A stretch of 64,000 nt of DNA, from assembly GCA_022703645.1 (NCBI GenBank), contig JAKLDG010000001.1:163274-227273 (forward strand). Direction: 5' to 3'. Below are positions 18,891 to 28,089 of the stretch, piece after piece. The translations under genes and the position numbers were made by a program. The notes beneath the pieces were generated by a model. It saw only the letters and a program-made list of their open reading frames with translations. It had not been told where the DNA came from and searched no databases. The stretch comes from Patescibacteria group bacterium (GTDB lineage: Bacteria > Patescibacteriota > JACPGU01). Positions within the stretch are counted from its first letter, which is position 1, and every line of letters starts with the position of its first letter.

Positions 18891-20179
18891 TGTCAAAAAA
18901 ATCTTTAAATAAAAAACCTAGAGTGGTAGTCGCGATGAGCGGAGGTGTCGACAGCTGCGTCGCTGCTTATTTATTGAAAAAGCAAGGATACGAAGTTATT
19001 GGAGTTTTTTTGAAATTCTGGACACCGCCGGTTTCTGTCTGTGGCACCTCGCGTGAAAATGCATGCTGTGATATGCGAGCGCTTTTGTTGGCCCGCCAAG
19101 TGGCTGGACAATTAGACATACCCTTTTATACTGTTAATGTGTCCAGTTATTTTAAAAAAGAGATAGTGGACAATTTTGTCCATGAATATGAGTCGGGTCG
19201 CACACCGAATCCTTGTGTCAGGTGTAATGAGAAGATAAAATTCGGAGTTCTTTGGAAAAAAGCGAGAGCGCTTGGAGCCGACTATCTCGCGACTGGACAC
19301 TATGTTAGGAAATGTCAAATGTCAAATATCAAATATCAAAAGAAATCAAAAATTAGTCATTTGTCATTTGAAATTGATTCGAAATTTGACATTTGTAATT
19401 TGACATTCAGTCTTATGCGCAGCAAAGACGTTAACAAGGACCAGGCCTATTTCTTAAGCGGTATTGATGCGAGAATAATCCCACACTTGCTGTTTCCTCT
19501 TGGCGATATGGTGAAAAAAGATGTCCGTGAGATTGCAAAAAAAGCCAAACTACCAGTTTATAATAAAAAAGATTCCACCGGAATCTGTTTTATACCTGAT
19601 GGCGATACTTCATCATTTCTTTCTCATTATTCAAATAAACTGAACAAATCAGGTAATATTGTGGATAAAAATGGGAATGTACTTGGAAAACATAAGGGTT
19701 TGATGGGATATACGGTTGGGGAAAAGATTGGAGGAGAAATTTTCAATTTTCAATTTTCAATTTTCAATCAATATTCAATACCCAATATTCAAGATCAAAA
19801 GGATAAAATAAAAAAAGACGTTCCTCGTTTATACGTAATAAGGATTGATGTTAAAAAAAATCGCTTAATCATCGGTGAAAACGAAGATTGTTTTACAGAT
19901 ACGCTGATTGCTGAAGATGTGAATATTATTGGTTCCGATCTTTTTACAAAGAAAACTATTTTAGCTCAAATCAGAGGCGGTCATAAACCCGAACGTTGTC
20001 ATATTGTAGGGGCGGGGATTTCCCCCGCCCGAATTAAAGGGCGACCGCAAGGGTCGCCCCTACGGGTTTCCAAATTAAATATTAAATTTCTCAAACCTGT
20101 TCGCGCTGTAACTCCGGGACAGACTGTGGCTTTTTATGATCTCAAAGGGAAACTTCTTGGCGGGGGAATAATCAAATAA
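18890..20179 (+). CDS. mnmA: tRNA 2-thiouridylase MnmA carrying three in-frame repeat insertions
   Basis: PP-loop VVVAMSGGVDSCV, NPCVRCN, C-terminal conserved region; ATG at 18890; about 60-70 extra residues from the insertions at 19311..19407, 19735..19795 and 20006..20063. Confidence 0.8.
   Translation: MSKKSLNKKPRVVVAMSGGVDSCVAAYLLKKQGYEVIGVFLKFWTPPVSVCGTSRENACCDMRALLLARQVAGQLDIPFYTVNVSSYFKKEIVDNFVHEYESGRTPNPCVRCNEKIKFGVLWKKARALGADYLATGHYVRKCQMSNIKYQKKSKISHLSFEIDSKFDICNLTFSLMRSKDVNKDQAYFLSGIDARIIPHLLFPLGDMVKKDVREIAKKAKLPVYNKKDSTGICFIPDGDTSSFLSHYSNKLNKSGNIVDKNGNVLGKHKGLMGYTVGEKIGGEIFNFQFSIFNQYSIPNIQDQKDKIKKDVPRLYVIRIDVKKNRLIIGENEDCFTDTLIAEDVNIIGSDLFTKKTILAQIRGGHKPERCHIVGAGISPARIKGRPQGSPLRVSKLNIKFLKPVRAVTPGQTVAFYDLKGKLLGGGIIK
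20006..20063. repeat. GC-rich GTAG-headed REP-like palindromic element (58 nt) inserted in frame in mnmA
   Basis: gtaggggcgggg...ccccgccc...gggcgacc-gcaa-gggtcgcccctac; outer GTAGGGGC/GCCCCTAC stem enclosing two internal hairpins. Confidence 0.6.
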
Positions 20180-20263
20180 TTATTGACTTTTTGTTGTATT
20201 ATTTTTTATTTCTATTATTTGAAAATTAATAATTTGCTTACGCAAGCCATAAAAAACGCTATT

Positions 20264-20291
20264 TGACATATCGTTTTTTTTGTATAGAATG
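20264..20291 (+). promoter_or_regulatory. sigma70-like promoter TTGACA-16-TAGAAT in the long leader upstream of the giant surface-protein gene
   Basis: near-consensus -35/-10 hexamers. Confidence 0.4.
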
Positions 20292-20365
20292 TTGTTAGTT
20301 TATCGATTTGGGATCAAACGCTCGCTATACTTTTACAGGTTTGTTCGCGTTTGAAAAAAAGCTGT

Positions 20366-20393
20366 TGACTATGTTTCAAGTAAATATATAATT
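20366..20393 (+). promoter_or_regulatory. sigma70-like promoter TTGACT-16-TATAAT, roughly 500 nt upstream of 20899
   Basis: consensus -10 and near-consensus -35 hexamers. Confidence 0.45.
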
Positions 20394-20898
20394 GAATAGT
20401 AAAGCAGATAAAAATCAATTTATGAAGAAGTAACAAATGCGGTTTTCATGATAGTTTTCGGTTGTTAATTAATTTGTTTGTTTACGGTTTTTTTTACATA
20501 TTTGCACATTAATAATTAGGGTAAATTCACATTCGACAGAAAATTAAAAGTTGTGGAAAAGTCTGAAATTTTTTAAAAAAAAATTTCATCCCGAGCTTGT
20601 CGAGGGATTATTTTTCCAACAGACTTTAAGTCATATTTAATTAATTTATTTTTGTTAGTCGAAACAAAAACAAAAGGTCGAAACCTCAATCGGTATAAAA
20701 ACTTTTTGGGGACTCTTGTTTCACGCGAGTCTTGCAGGGGCTTATCGCATAAGCCCGAAGACAGCAAAATAAATTCTTCTTGCTCGTGAGTAATCACAAG
20801 TTTGAAGAGAAAGTGTTAATAAAAATATAAAATAATATTAAAAAAGAAATCTTAACTCGCAACAATAATTTGCGATTAAGAAAAGGAGGACATACAAA

Positions 20899-23800
20899 AT
20901 GTCAAGAAAAATAGCAAAGGCTATATACTCTGTTGTCGCTCTTGCAATGGTTCTTGGAAGCGTTTTCGCTTTCTCTGCTCCAAAAGCATTAGCAGCTCCA
21001 GCGTATGATTACGCATTAGTAAATCAGTCAGCGTATCCTTCAACTTTGAATGCAGGCGATGTAACAAACGTCTGGATCGAAGTTAAGAATACAGGTACAG
21101 CTACATGGGGTAGCAACGTAAGATTGGGCGCAGGTTCAGCTTATGGATCAGCTGCTCAAGGACGCGACTATTCATCTGAATTCGCAAACAGCGATTGGCC
21201 ATCAGCTAATCGTGCTGCTGGTATGACAGATGGTACACGCGCAGTTGCAGGAATTATCCCAGGATGGAATGTAAGATTCCAATTCAATATCAAGGCTCCA
21301 TCTACAGCCGGTGTTTACAAAGCATATTTCACGCCAGTTGCCGACGGTGTAACTTGGATGAAAGATATCGGTATCTTCTGGCAGATCACAGTTGCTGGAA
21401 CTAGCGGCGGCGGAACAGTAACTCCACCACCAGTAGTTGCTGGCGCATTGAATGCTACAATTGATGGCTCAACACCAGCTGCTCAGTCTATCGTTGCTGA
21501 CGGCACAAATGGTGGTCAGGCATTAGCTTCATTGGCTGCTTTCAATTTCTCTGGTGCAGGCACTGTAACTCAAATTAAATTAAACAGAATTGGTGTTTCT
21601 TCAGACTCAAATCTTGATAACGTATATCTATATGATGGTATTTCTAAGATTGCTGAAATGAATTCAATCAGCAATGGAGTAATTACATTCTTGAACAGCA
21701 ATGGGCTATTTACCATTAATGGTACAAAGGTAATTACTGTTAAGGCTGATATCAATAAGGGAACAAGCGCTGGACAAACAATTGGTGTATCTATAACTAG
21801 CGCTGCAAGTATTACTTCAAATGCTACAAGCGTTGGTGGCACATTCCCAGCTTCTGGTAACTATATGACTGTAGCTACCGTAAGCAATCTTGGTAAATTG
21901 ACTGTAGCTGATGTTTCATCTTCAACCTCTGTTGATCCAGGCCAAACAGGATTTGAGGTTTGGAAGTTTAGTTTGACTTCTGCAAATCAGAATGTTTCAG
22001 TTAAATATATCAAATTGACTCAAGTTGGCAGTATTGCAACTGCTGACCTAACGAATATCAAACTATATGATGGCTCTACTCAACTTGGTTCAACTGTAGC
22101 TGCTTTGGGAACTGACAATACTGCTGTATTTGACCTAGCTTCTGCTCCACTAGTAATCAACTCTGGAAATATCAAGAATATTTCTGTTAAAGCTGATATC
22201 GTTGGTGGAACTAGCCGAAGCTTCCGCTTCACTATTCAAAGAAGTGCTGATGTTGTAGTAAGTGATAATAACTATAATGTTTCGCTAACTCCTATAGCAA
22301 GTATCACAGGTGTTGCGCAGACTGCTTGGGCAGTTGTTGGACAAGGTTCCCTAGGTTCAGCTGATGGAACTAGTACAACTATCAATACTGGAACATTAAC
22401 AGCTGCTGTAGCTTCTGATACACCATCAGGAAACATTGCTTTGTCTTCAACTGGAATAACATTAGGCAAATTCAATTTCACTGCTGCTGGAGAAGATGTT
22501 AAACTATCTTCTATAGTAGTAAATTTGACAGGTTCAACACTTACTAATGCAGCAAATATGTTGGGTCTTCAAAATGGTCAATTAGTAATGGACGGTTCAC
22601 AAATCGGTACAACGCAAACACTTGCAGATTCTGGTAACACAACATTCACCCTAAACTATACTGTACCAAAGGGAACTACCAAAACTCTACTTATCAAAGC
22701 TGACATAGTAGGGGTTTGTGATACTGTTGCTAATGTAGGATGTGGTGCTGCTTATGCGGTTGCTGCGACTGATACCATATTAGCAAATGTTGTTGCTGGT
22801 TCAGGTCAAGGACAAACTTCATTATCTACTATCAGCTATGGCGCTGCTAGTGGTAGATTATTAACTGTAGCTACGGGAGTTTTGACAATCGCAAAAAATG
22901 CTGCTTTAGCTGACGGTACTACTGCGAACCCAACTGCAGTAAAGGGAGCAACAAATGTTAAGATCGGTTCATTCGTTGTTACGGCTGGCGCTTCAGAGGG
23001 TGTAAGTATTTCTCAATTTGGTTTGAAATATGATGCTCTTGGTGCATTAGTTTCTGGTGCATTACAAAATCTAAGGTTGATGAATGGTTCAGCTCAAATT
23101 GGTTCTACTCAAGGAACATTGAGCGCAACCAATGGCACAACATACTATTTCAGCCCATCTTCATCTATCTCATTGGCTGCAGGTGGACAATTAGTTGTTG
23201 ATGTTTATGCTGATATATTGTCAAGTACAACTGCTAGTAACTATAAACAAGGAGATAATGTATATCCATTCTATCTCGACTCTGTAACAGCTACTGGTGC
23301 GGTAACTAATACAAATTCCGGGCTTACTGGTCAGACTGTTGCAAGTCAGAAATTAGTAATATCTGCTGCTGGTACGCTTACAATATCTCAAGACTCATCT
23401 ACTCCTCAAGCTCAGCAATTAGCTATGGGAGCAAGCAATGTAACATTAGCTGTCTTGAAATTCACTGCTTCTGCGGCAGAAGATGTTAATGTTAATAAGA
23501 TTATTCTTGAAGATGTAAGCGCTGTAAACGGTGCTGTAACGAATATAGGCTTATATGATGGAGCATCGTTGATTGGTACAACAGTATCTTCTTTTGGCAC
23601 CATCTCTGTTGCTGGATTTACTCCAAACTCTGGAGTAGTTGGTGGATCATTCTCAGGTATTGTTTGGAATCTTGGAAGCTATCTAACTGTTCCAAAAGGT
23701 TCATACAAAAATATCACCGTTAAAGCTAACGTAAATAGTTATCCAAATGTAGCATCTGCAAGTGTTACGACTATCAAGTTAAATGCTGGTGCTGTTTCCG

Positions 23801-24348
23801 GATATGGTGCAGGTTCTGGTGCTAGTATATCATCTGCTGGAGCTGGCGCTGGTCTTTCAATGACTATTTACAAGTCTTTATTGAATGTAGGCTTGGCTAG
23901 TGATTCTCCTGCTGGTACTCGTACAGTATCTGCTTCTGATACAGTTGCTAAGTTCACTATCACCAACCCAACCGTTGGAAATGATGCAACTCTTAAGAAA
24001 ATTACCTTGGCTATTGCTGGTACTGCTGTAGCTGCTACTACTGTCCACGTATATGACAGTACAAATATGTCTACTGAATTAACGGCTGGCGGTACAGCTT
24101 ATGCTGGTGCTACTAACCATTTAATTACATTTGATTCTGACCTGACTATTACAGGCGGATCATCAAAGACATTGGTAATTGTGTTAGACTCATCAGGATT
24201 TGCTACAGGTACTAAGAGCTTCACAGCTTCAATCGGTACAACAGCTACTGATGGTATAGCATGGTCTGATGGTGTTGCTGGTTCAGGAACACTGACTGCA
24301 AACCCTGCAAACAATCTACCTCTTAATGCTAATACTTTGACTTACTAA
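20899..24348 (+). CDS. giant secreted cell-surface protein (1149 aa), probably S-layer-like, with a conserved N-terminal domain shared with the 13592 ORF and Thr/Ser/Gly-rich Ig-like repeats
   Basis: strong RBS AAAAGGAGGA 8 nt upstream; signal peptide; biased (highly-expressed-like) codon usage; repeated beta-rich segments; long structured 5' leader. Confidence 0.65.
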   Translation: MSRKIAKAIYSVVALAMVLGSVFAFSAPKALAAPAYDYALVNQSAYPSTLNAGDVTNVWIEVKNTGTATWGSNVRLGAGSAYGSAAQGRDYSSEFANSDWPSANRAAGMTDGTRAVAGIIPGWNVRFQFNIKAPSTAGVYKAYFTPVADGVTWMKDIGIFWQITVAGTSGGGTVTPPPVVAGALNATIDGSTPAAQSIVADGTNGGQALASLAAFNFSGAGTVTQIKLNRIGVSSDSNLDNVYLYDGISKIAEMNSISNGVITFLNSNGLFTINGTKVITVKADINKGTSAGQTIGVSITSAASITSNATSVGGTFPASGNYMTVATVSNLGKLTVADVSSSTSVDPGQTGFEVWKFSLTSANQNVSVKYIKLTQVGSIATADLTNIKLYDGSTQLGSTVAALGTDNTAVFDLASAPLVINSGNIKNISVKADIVGGTSRSFRFTIQRSADVVVSDNNYNVSLTPIASITGVAQTAWAVVGQGSLGSADGTSTTINTGTLTAAVASDTPSGNIALSSTGITLGKFNFTAAGEDVKLSSIVVNLTGSTLTNAANMLGLQNGQLVMDGSQIGTTQTLADSGNTTFTLNYTVPKGTTKTLLIKADIVGVCDTVANVGCGAAYAVAATDTILANVVAGSGQGQTSLSTISYGAASGRLLTVATGVLTIAKNAALADGTTANPTAVKGATNVKIGSFVVTAGASEGVSISQFGLKYDALGALVSGALQNLRLMNGSAQIGSTQGTLSATNGTTYYFSPSSSISLAAGGQLVVDVYADILSSTTASNYKQGDNVYPFYLDSVTATGAVTNTNSGLTGQTVASQKLVISAAGTLTISQDSSTPQAQQLAMGASNVTLAVLKFTASAAEDVNVNKIILEDVSAVNGAVTNIGLYDGASLIGTTVSSFGTISVAGFTPNSGVVGGSFSGIVWNLGSYLTVPKGSYKNITVKANVNSYPNVASASVTTIKLNAGAVSGYGAGSGASISSAGAGAGLSMTIYKSLLNVGLASDSPAGTRTVSASDTVAKFTITNPTVGNDATLKKITLAIAGTAVAATTVHVYDSTNMSTELTAGGTAYAGATNHLITFDSDLTITGGSSKTLVIVLDSSGFATGTKSFTASIGTTATDGIAWSDGVAGSGTLTANPANNLPLNANTLTY

Positions 24349-24417
24349 TTTTAGTCAAGTCAAGGCAGGGTACAGAACTTCACGTTTACGGATAGCGTCA
24401 AAATCCGAAAAACAAAA

Positions 24418-24441
24418 CCCCCGGCGGATGCCGGGGGTTTT
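24418..24441 (+). terminator. rho-independent terminator (cccccggc-ggat-gccggggg plus TTTT)
   Basis: 8-bp GC stem plus T-run directly after the 1149-aa gene. Confidence 0.75.
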
Positions 24442-24473
24442 GTCGTGGGTAAATGGTATGATAAAATGTTATT

Positions 24474-25049
24474 ATGGAAAACGTACAATCATATAAACAA
24501 AAAAACAAAAAATCAAGAAAACAAATCCGACTCAATGATTACGATTATAGCGAACCAGGGGATTATTTCGTAACGATTTGTACGCAAGATAGAGGGTGTT
24601 TGTTTGGGAAGATTGTAGATGGAGAGATGGTTTTGAATGATTTAGGCGAGATTGTCGAAAATGAAATATCAAATATTCCAAAAAGATTTAAAAATTCAGA
24701 AATCGATATCCATTCCGTTATGCCAAATCACCTGCATTTAATAATTTCAATTTTATGTGATGATGATATTGTAGGGGCAACCCTTGCGGTTGCCTATAAT
24801 AACCGGGCAGGGGCAAGCCCTGCCCCTACAATAGGGGATATCGTCGGTTCGTTTAAATCATTATGTTTTAAAGAATATAAAAAATATGTTGAGAAAAATG
24901 ATTTAAATTTACAAACAAAATTTTGGCAGCGTAATTATTATGAAGAAATAATTAAGAATGAAAGACATTATAATGAGGTGTATAATTATATTTTATCCAA
25001 TCCTTCTAAATGGGAAGAGGATAGAAATAACCCAAATAATATAGTATAA
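24474..25049 (+). CDS. IS200/RAYT-like HUH Y1 transposase (REP-associated tyrosine transposase family)
   Basis: YFVTICTQDRG...FG N-terminal motif; HUH motif PNHLHLII; C-terminal WQRNYYEEIIKNERHYNEVYNYILSNPSKWEED (catalytic Tyr region typical of RAYT/TnpA_IS200-like proteins); carries an internal GC-rich palindrome. Confidence 0.65.
   Translation: MENVQSYKQKNKKSRKQIRLNDYDYSEPGDYFVTICTQDRGCLFGKIVDGEMVLNDLGEIVENEISNIPKRFKNSEIDIHSVMPNHLHLIISILCDDDIVGATLAVAYNNRAGASPAPTIGDIVGSFKSLCFKEYKKYVEKNDLNLQTKFWQRNYYEEIIKNERHYNEVYNYILSNPSKWEEDRNNPNNIV
24771..24829. repeat. GC-rich GTAG-headed REP-like palindromic element (59 nt) inserted in frame inside the RAYT-like gene
   Basis: gtaggggcaacccttgcggttgcc...gggcaggggcaagccctgcccctac; flanked by ttgtagggg/cccctacaa as in the mnmA copy. 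Confidence 0.6.
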
Positions 25050-25056
25050 TACTTCT

Positions 25057-25710
25057 ATGAAACTCAAAATCACTAAAGAAACCATACAATACATTTTTAT
25101 TTGCGTCGTTATTGGGCTTTTTGCTGCTGCTATTATTGGCATTATTATCTACTTTATTCACAATCAATTGGTTTGGAATGGTTTGAAAAAAGGTGATAAC
25201 ACGAAAGGCTATATCCAAGAGATTGATAAACTTGATAGTAAAAAAGATAAAACACCAACTGATCTAATTCAGATCGGGAATGATTACTATGCTTTGAAAT
25301 ATTATGATAAATCTATATCATATTATAAGAAAGCCTTAGAATTAGATAAAATTAATCCAGTTATATTTAGAAATATTGCAGTTTCTTTGAGGGATAAGGG
25401 AGATTACAAGGGTGCTGAAGATTGGTTTCTGCAGGCTCTTGGTAAAATAAACGCTCAGGCTAATAATTTTATTGAAATAGCGGACATGTATAAGTATTTT
25501 CCCGAAGATTATTATAAATATACCCAAGAAGGAATTTTATTGAAGGGGTTGGAAGCTTTACCAGGTGATTTCAACCTAACCTTGACTCTGGCGCGTTATT
25601 ACAGAGAGGCAAAAGACATCACTAAGGCAATAGAATATTACAATAAGGCGATTGAATTGCGCCCAGATCTGACGGATCTCAAAGATGAAATTCAGCAATT
25701 AAGTAAATAA
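25057..25710 (+). CDS. membrane-anchored tetratricopeptide repeat (TPR) protein
   Basis: N-terminal TM and several TPR-like repeats (YYKKALELDKINP, AIEYYNKAIELRPD). Confidence 0.7.
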   Translation: MKLKITKETIQYIFICVVIGLFAAAIIGIIIYFIHNQLVWNGLKKGDNTKGYIQEIDKLDSKKDKTPTDLIQIGNDYYALKYYDKSISYYKKALELDKINPVIFRNIAVSLRDKGDYKGAEDWFLQALGKINAQANNFIEIADMYKYFPEDYYKYTQEGILLKGLEALPGDFNLTLTLARYYREAKDITKAIEYYNKAIELRPDLTDLKDEIQQLSK

Positions 25711-25712
25711 AA

Positions 25713-25742
25713 AAATCCCCCAGCATCCGCTGGGGGATTTTA
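25713..25742. terminator. bidirectional rho-independent terminator (aatcccccagc-atcc-gctgggggatt) between convergent genes
   Basis: 11-bp stem with A-run upstream and T-run downstream. Confidence 0.75.
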
Positions 25743-25767
25743 ATTAAAGCTGTGAAACGCAGCAACA

Positions 25768-28089
25768 TCAGTAATTCAGAATCTGAATGTCTCTGCGCAT
25801 GGGATCTCCGACTACGATTTTCCGCAGTGTTGGATTAATCGCGAGCGATAGAGGATTGCGGAATTGCAGATCTCCGCCGCCGGGGCTGCCAACGCGCCAT
25901 TTTTGCTGGAAGCTTGTAGCGCCATATGCAATAATTTCCATTGTGCCGGCATCTGAATATACGACGAAATCATATCCGCTTATCTGGACGACTTTAATTG
26001 CCATCGGATATCCGGAATTACTGAGGTCTATATAGTCATTCGTGTTATAGCTGCCGCCTGTTGAAATCTTTGTCAAGCGATGACGTCCAGAATTAGCAAC
26101 CCAGAGATTTGATCCAGATGTATCCAGTGCTATACCGTTGATGTCCGAGAAATAGCCAGCGCCTACTCCTGTCCCGCCAATGGGGTTGTTGCAAGTATAT
26201 CCTGTGGAGTTATAGCTGCAAGGCACTATCTTTGACGTGCTATTATCTACGACATAAAGCATATTCGTGTTGCACGTCAAAGCGTTCGGTGTCGTCAGAT
26301 TGGCATTTGTAATCTTGTACAGATACGTGATGACGTTTCCATTTTCTTTGAAAACGAAGACCCCACCGTCTGCCGAAATCAGAAGCCCATTGTCCGATCC
26401 ACCGAATGAATTACCGCACCACGCTATTCCACTTATAGCGTTAATCGTAGCAGGAAGTCCAGTTACTCCGCCGGGTGTTAACCTTTGTCGTCTGACTTCA
26501 GAGTTGCTGGGTGCATAAACTACGAGCATATTCACACTGTCTGTCGGGTCCTTGCCAGTCGCAAAGATATTTGTCGAACCAATTGTTGAATAACCCATAC
26601 TTGGTACCGGTATGGAAAGCCCGAATGTCGGAGTATTGAATGTCACTCCGCCATCGTTGCCCGTTCCGCCGCCTCCGCCTGTTCCGCCTCCACCACCGCC
26701 ACCGCTTCCGCCGTCGCATGTCGGATCATATTCGATAGGTATTGCTACCTCGTCCGAATCGACATTGTGGGCGTTTCTGGTTTTGTAGTGGAAGGTGTAC
26801 GTGCCGGAATTTGTAAACGAGATGTTGTCGCTGAAATAGCGGTCAGCTGTCGAAGTGCTGTAAATCGGCTTAATCTGCGTGCCGTCTTTGATCAGCGCTT
26901 CATTCTCCTTGAACTTAATCGTCACAGTCGCGAAACCAGTGCAGGTATAGGAGTCCCAATAGGAAATATACGGTCTGGTCGGCGGAGTATTATTGAGGTT
27001 GAAAAGAACCCTCAAAACGTCGCCGGGCTGTCCGCCCAGCTTGGCGTAGAATTGAATAATCTTATCGCCGTTGGGTTGACCCGAGAAATCCACATTGGTA
27101 CTCCAGTAAGTAGTCGCTCCGGAGCTGAATGTCGCGATGCGCGTCTCGTCATTTGACCACGGCAGTTTCATCCAGATAGAATCAACGCCGCCGGGGGCAT
27201 AACCTTCGAAGACAAAAGAGGTAGCATAGGGTGACTTGGTGATCAAGACGTCGTATGTCGGATCCGAAGTGTTTTCCCACGCTGTGTCCGCATTCGATGA
27301 ATAGGTGATCAGCCACGGTTTTGAAACGTGCGCTGTGCCGACTTTCCAGACTTTGACGTCCTTGCACTCGGTATTTCCCGAAATACTTCCGCTTGTCGTG
27401 GATTTGATCGGTGTTACGCATACCCTGTAAGTTGCCGACGAACCTGAGATGCTCGCATTGGTGTACTGGTATCCCATATTTGTCTGACAGTCATAGGTTT
27501 GCGCGTAGCCGTTGCCCCATGAAACTGAACATAGCGATCCGAGATCTTCCGGCCGGCTAATTACTGTCGTGACGGTTACTACGTCTCCCGCGTTAGCTTC
27601 CGGAGGTGTCAGTTTTGTGTCTGAAATCTGCGGAGCGGATGGGATGACTGCTGTAGGCGCCTCCCTCACATATACCCGAATTGAGTTTGTGATCGGTTTG
27701 GAACCGTTGGTAGCTGTCACTGACAGGTTGTAATACGAGACTGAAGCGCTGTATTTATAGCGCACCTGAAACGTATTTACAGTTGCGTTGTCGCAAGTTG
27801 CATTGTTGACCGTGGAAGTTGAAGTGCCATCTCCCGGGTTCAAAACCAGCGTATTTGCATTCGCGCAGTACGCCATTACCGTGATGAGTGTTCCTTCGTC
27901 CACTGTCATTTCTGTTGCATTGGTTGGTGTCGGTGAGATTGCCCAACGTAATCCTGACAGATTATTTGTGTCGATTATGGTTCCGCCGCCTCCACCACCA
28001 TTGCAACCGGACATGGTGACGAGTATTGGCACCGCAAATATCAGCGCCAATGCGAGATAAATAAAGCGAAACTTTCGTGTCATTCTCAT
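25768..28089 (-). CDS. secreted lipoprotein-like NHL-repeat beta-propeller protein with Ig/PKD-like N-terminal domains and Gly-rich linkers; GC-rich relative to its surroundings
   Basis: start at 28089 chosen because it is preceded by RBS AAGGAGGT, giving signal peptide MRMTRKFRFIYLALALIFAVPILVTMSGC (lipobox-like); C-terminal NHL-type repeats (LWVANSGRHRLTKI; IVVGDPMRRDIQILNY); poly-Gly linker GGSGGGGGGGTGGGGG. Confidence 0.6.
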   Translation of the reverse strand: MRMTRKFRFIYLALALIFAVPILVTMSGCNGGGGGGTIIDTNNLSGLRWAISPTPTNATEMTVDEGTLITVMAYCANANTLVLNPGDGTSTSTVNNATCDNATVNTFQVRYKYSASVSYYNLSVTATNGSKPITNSIRVYVREAPTAVIPSAPQISDTKLTPPEANAGDVVTVTTVISRPEDLGSLCSVSWGNGYAQTYDCQTNMGYQYTNASISGSSATYRVCVTPIKSTTSGSISGNTECKDVKVWKVGTAHVSKPWLITYSSNADTAWENTSDPTYDVLITKSPYATSFVFEGYAPGGVDSIWMKLPWSNDETRIATFSSGATTYWSTNVDFSGQPNGDKIIQFYAKLGGQPGDVLRVLFNLNNTPPTRPYISYWDSYTCTGFATVTIKFKENEALIKDGTQIKPIYSTSTADRYFSDNISFTNSGTYTFHYKTRNAHNVDSDEVAIPIEYDPTCDGGSGGGGGGGTGGGGGTGNDGGVTFNTPTFGLSIPVPSMGYSTIGSTNIFATGKDPTDSVNMLVVYAPSNSEVRRQRLTPGGVTGLPATINAISGIAWCGNSFGGSDNGLLISADGGVFVFKENGNVITYLYKITNANLTTPNALTCNTNMLYVVDNSTSKIVPCSYNSTGYTCNNPIGGTGVGAGYFSDINGIALDTSGSNLWVANSGRHRLTKISTGGSYNTNDYIDLSNSGYPMAIKVVQISGYDFVVYSDAGTMEIIAYGATSFQQKWRVGSPGGGDLQFRNPLSLAINPTLRKIVVGDPMRRDIQILNY

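Noticed and set aside
20573-20797. 74-aa minus-strand ORF in the leader of the giant surface-protein gene
   Set aside because: No RBS, and it sits among hairpins and plus-strand promoter-like hexamers; more plausibly 5' UTR or ncRNA.
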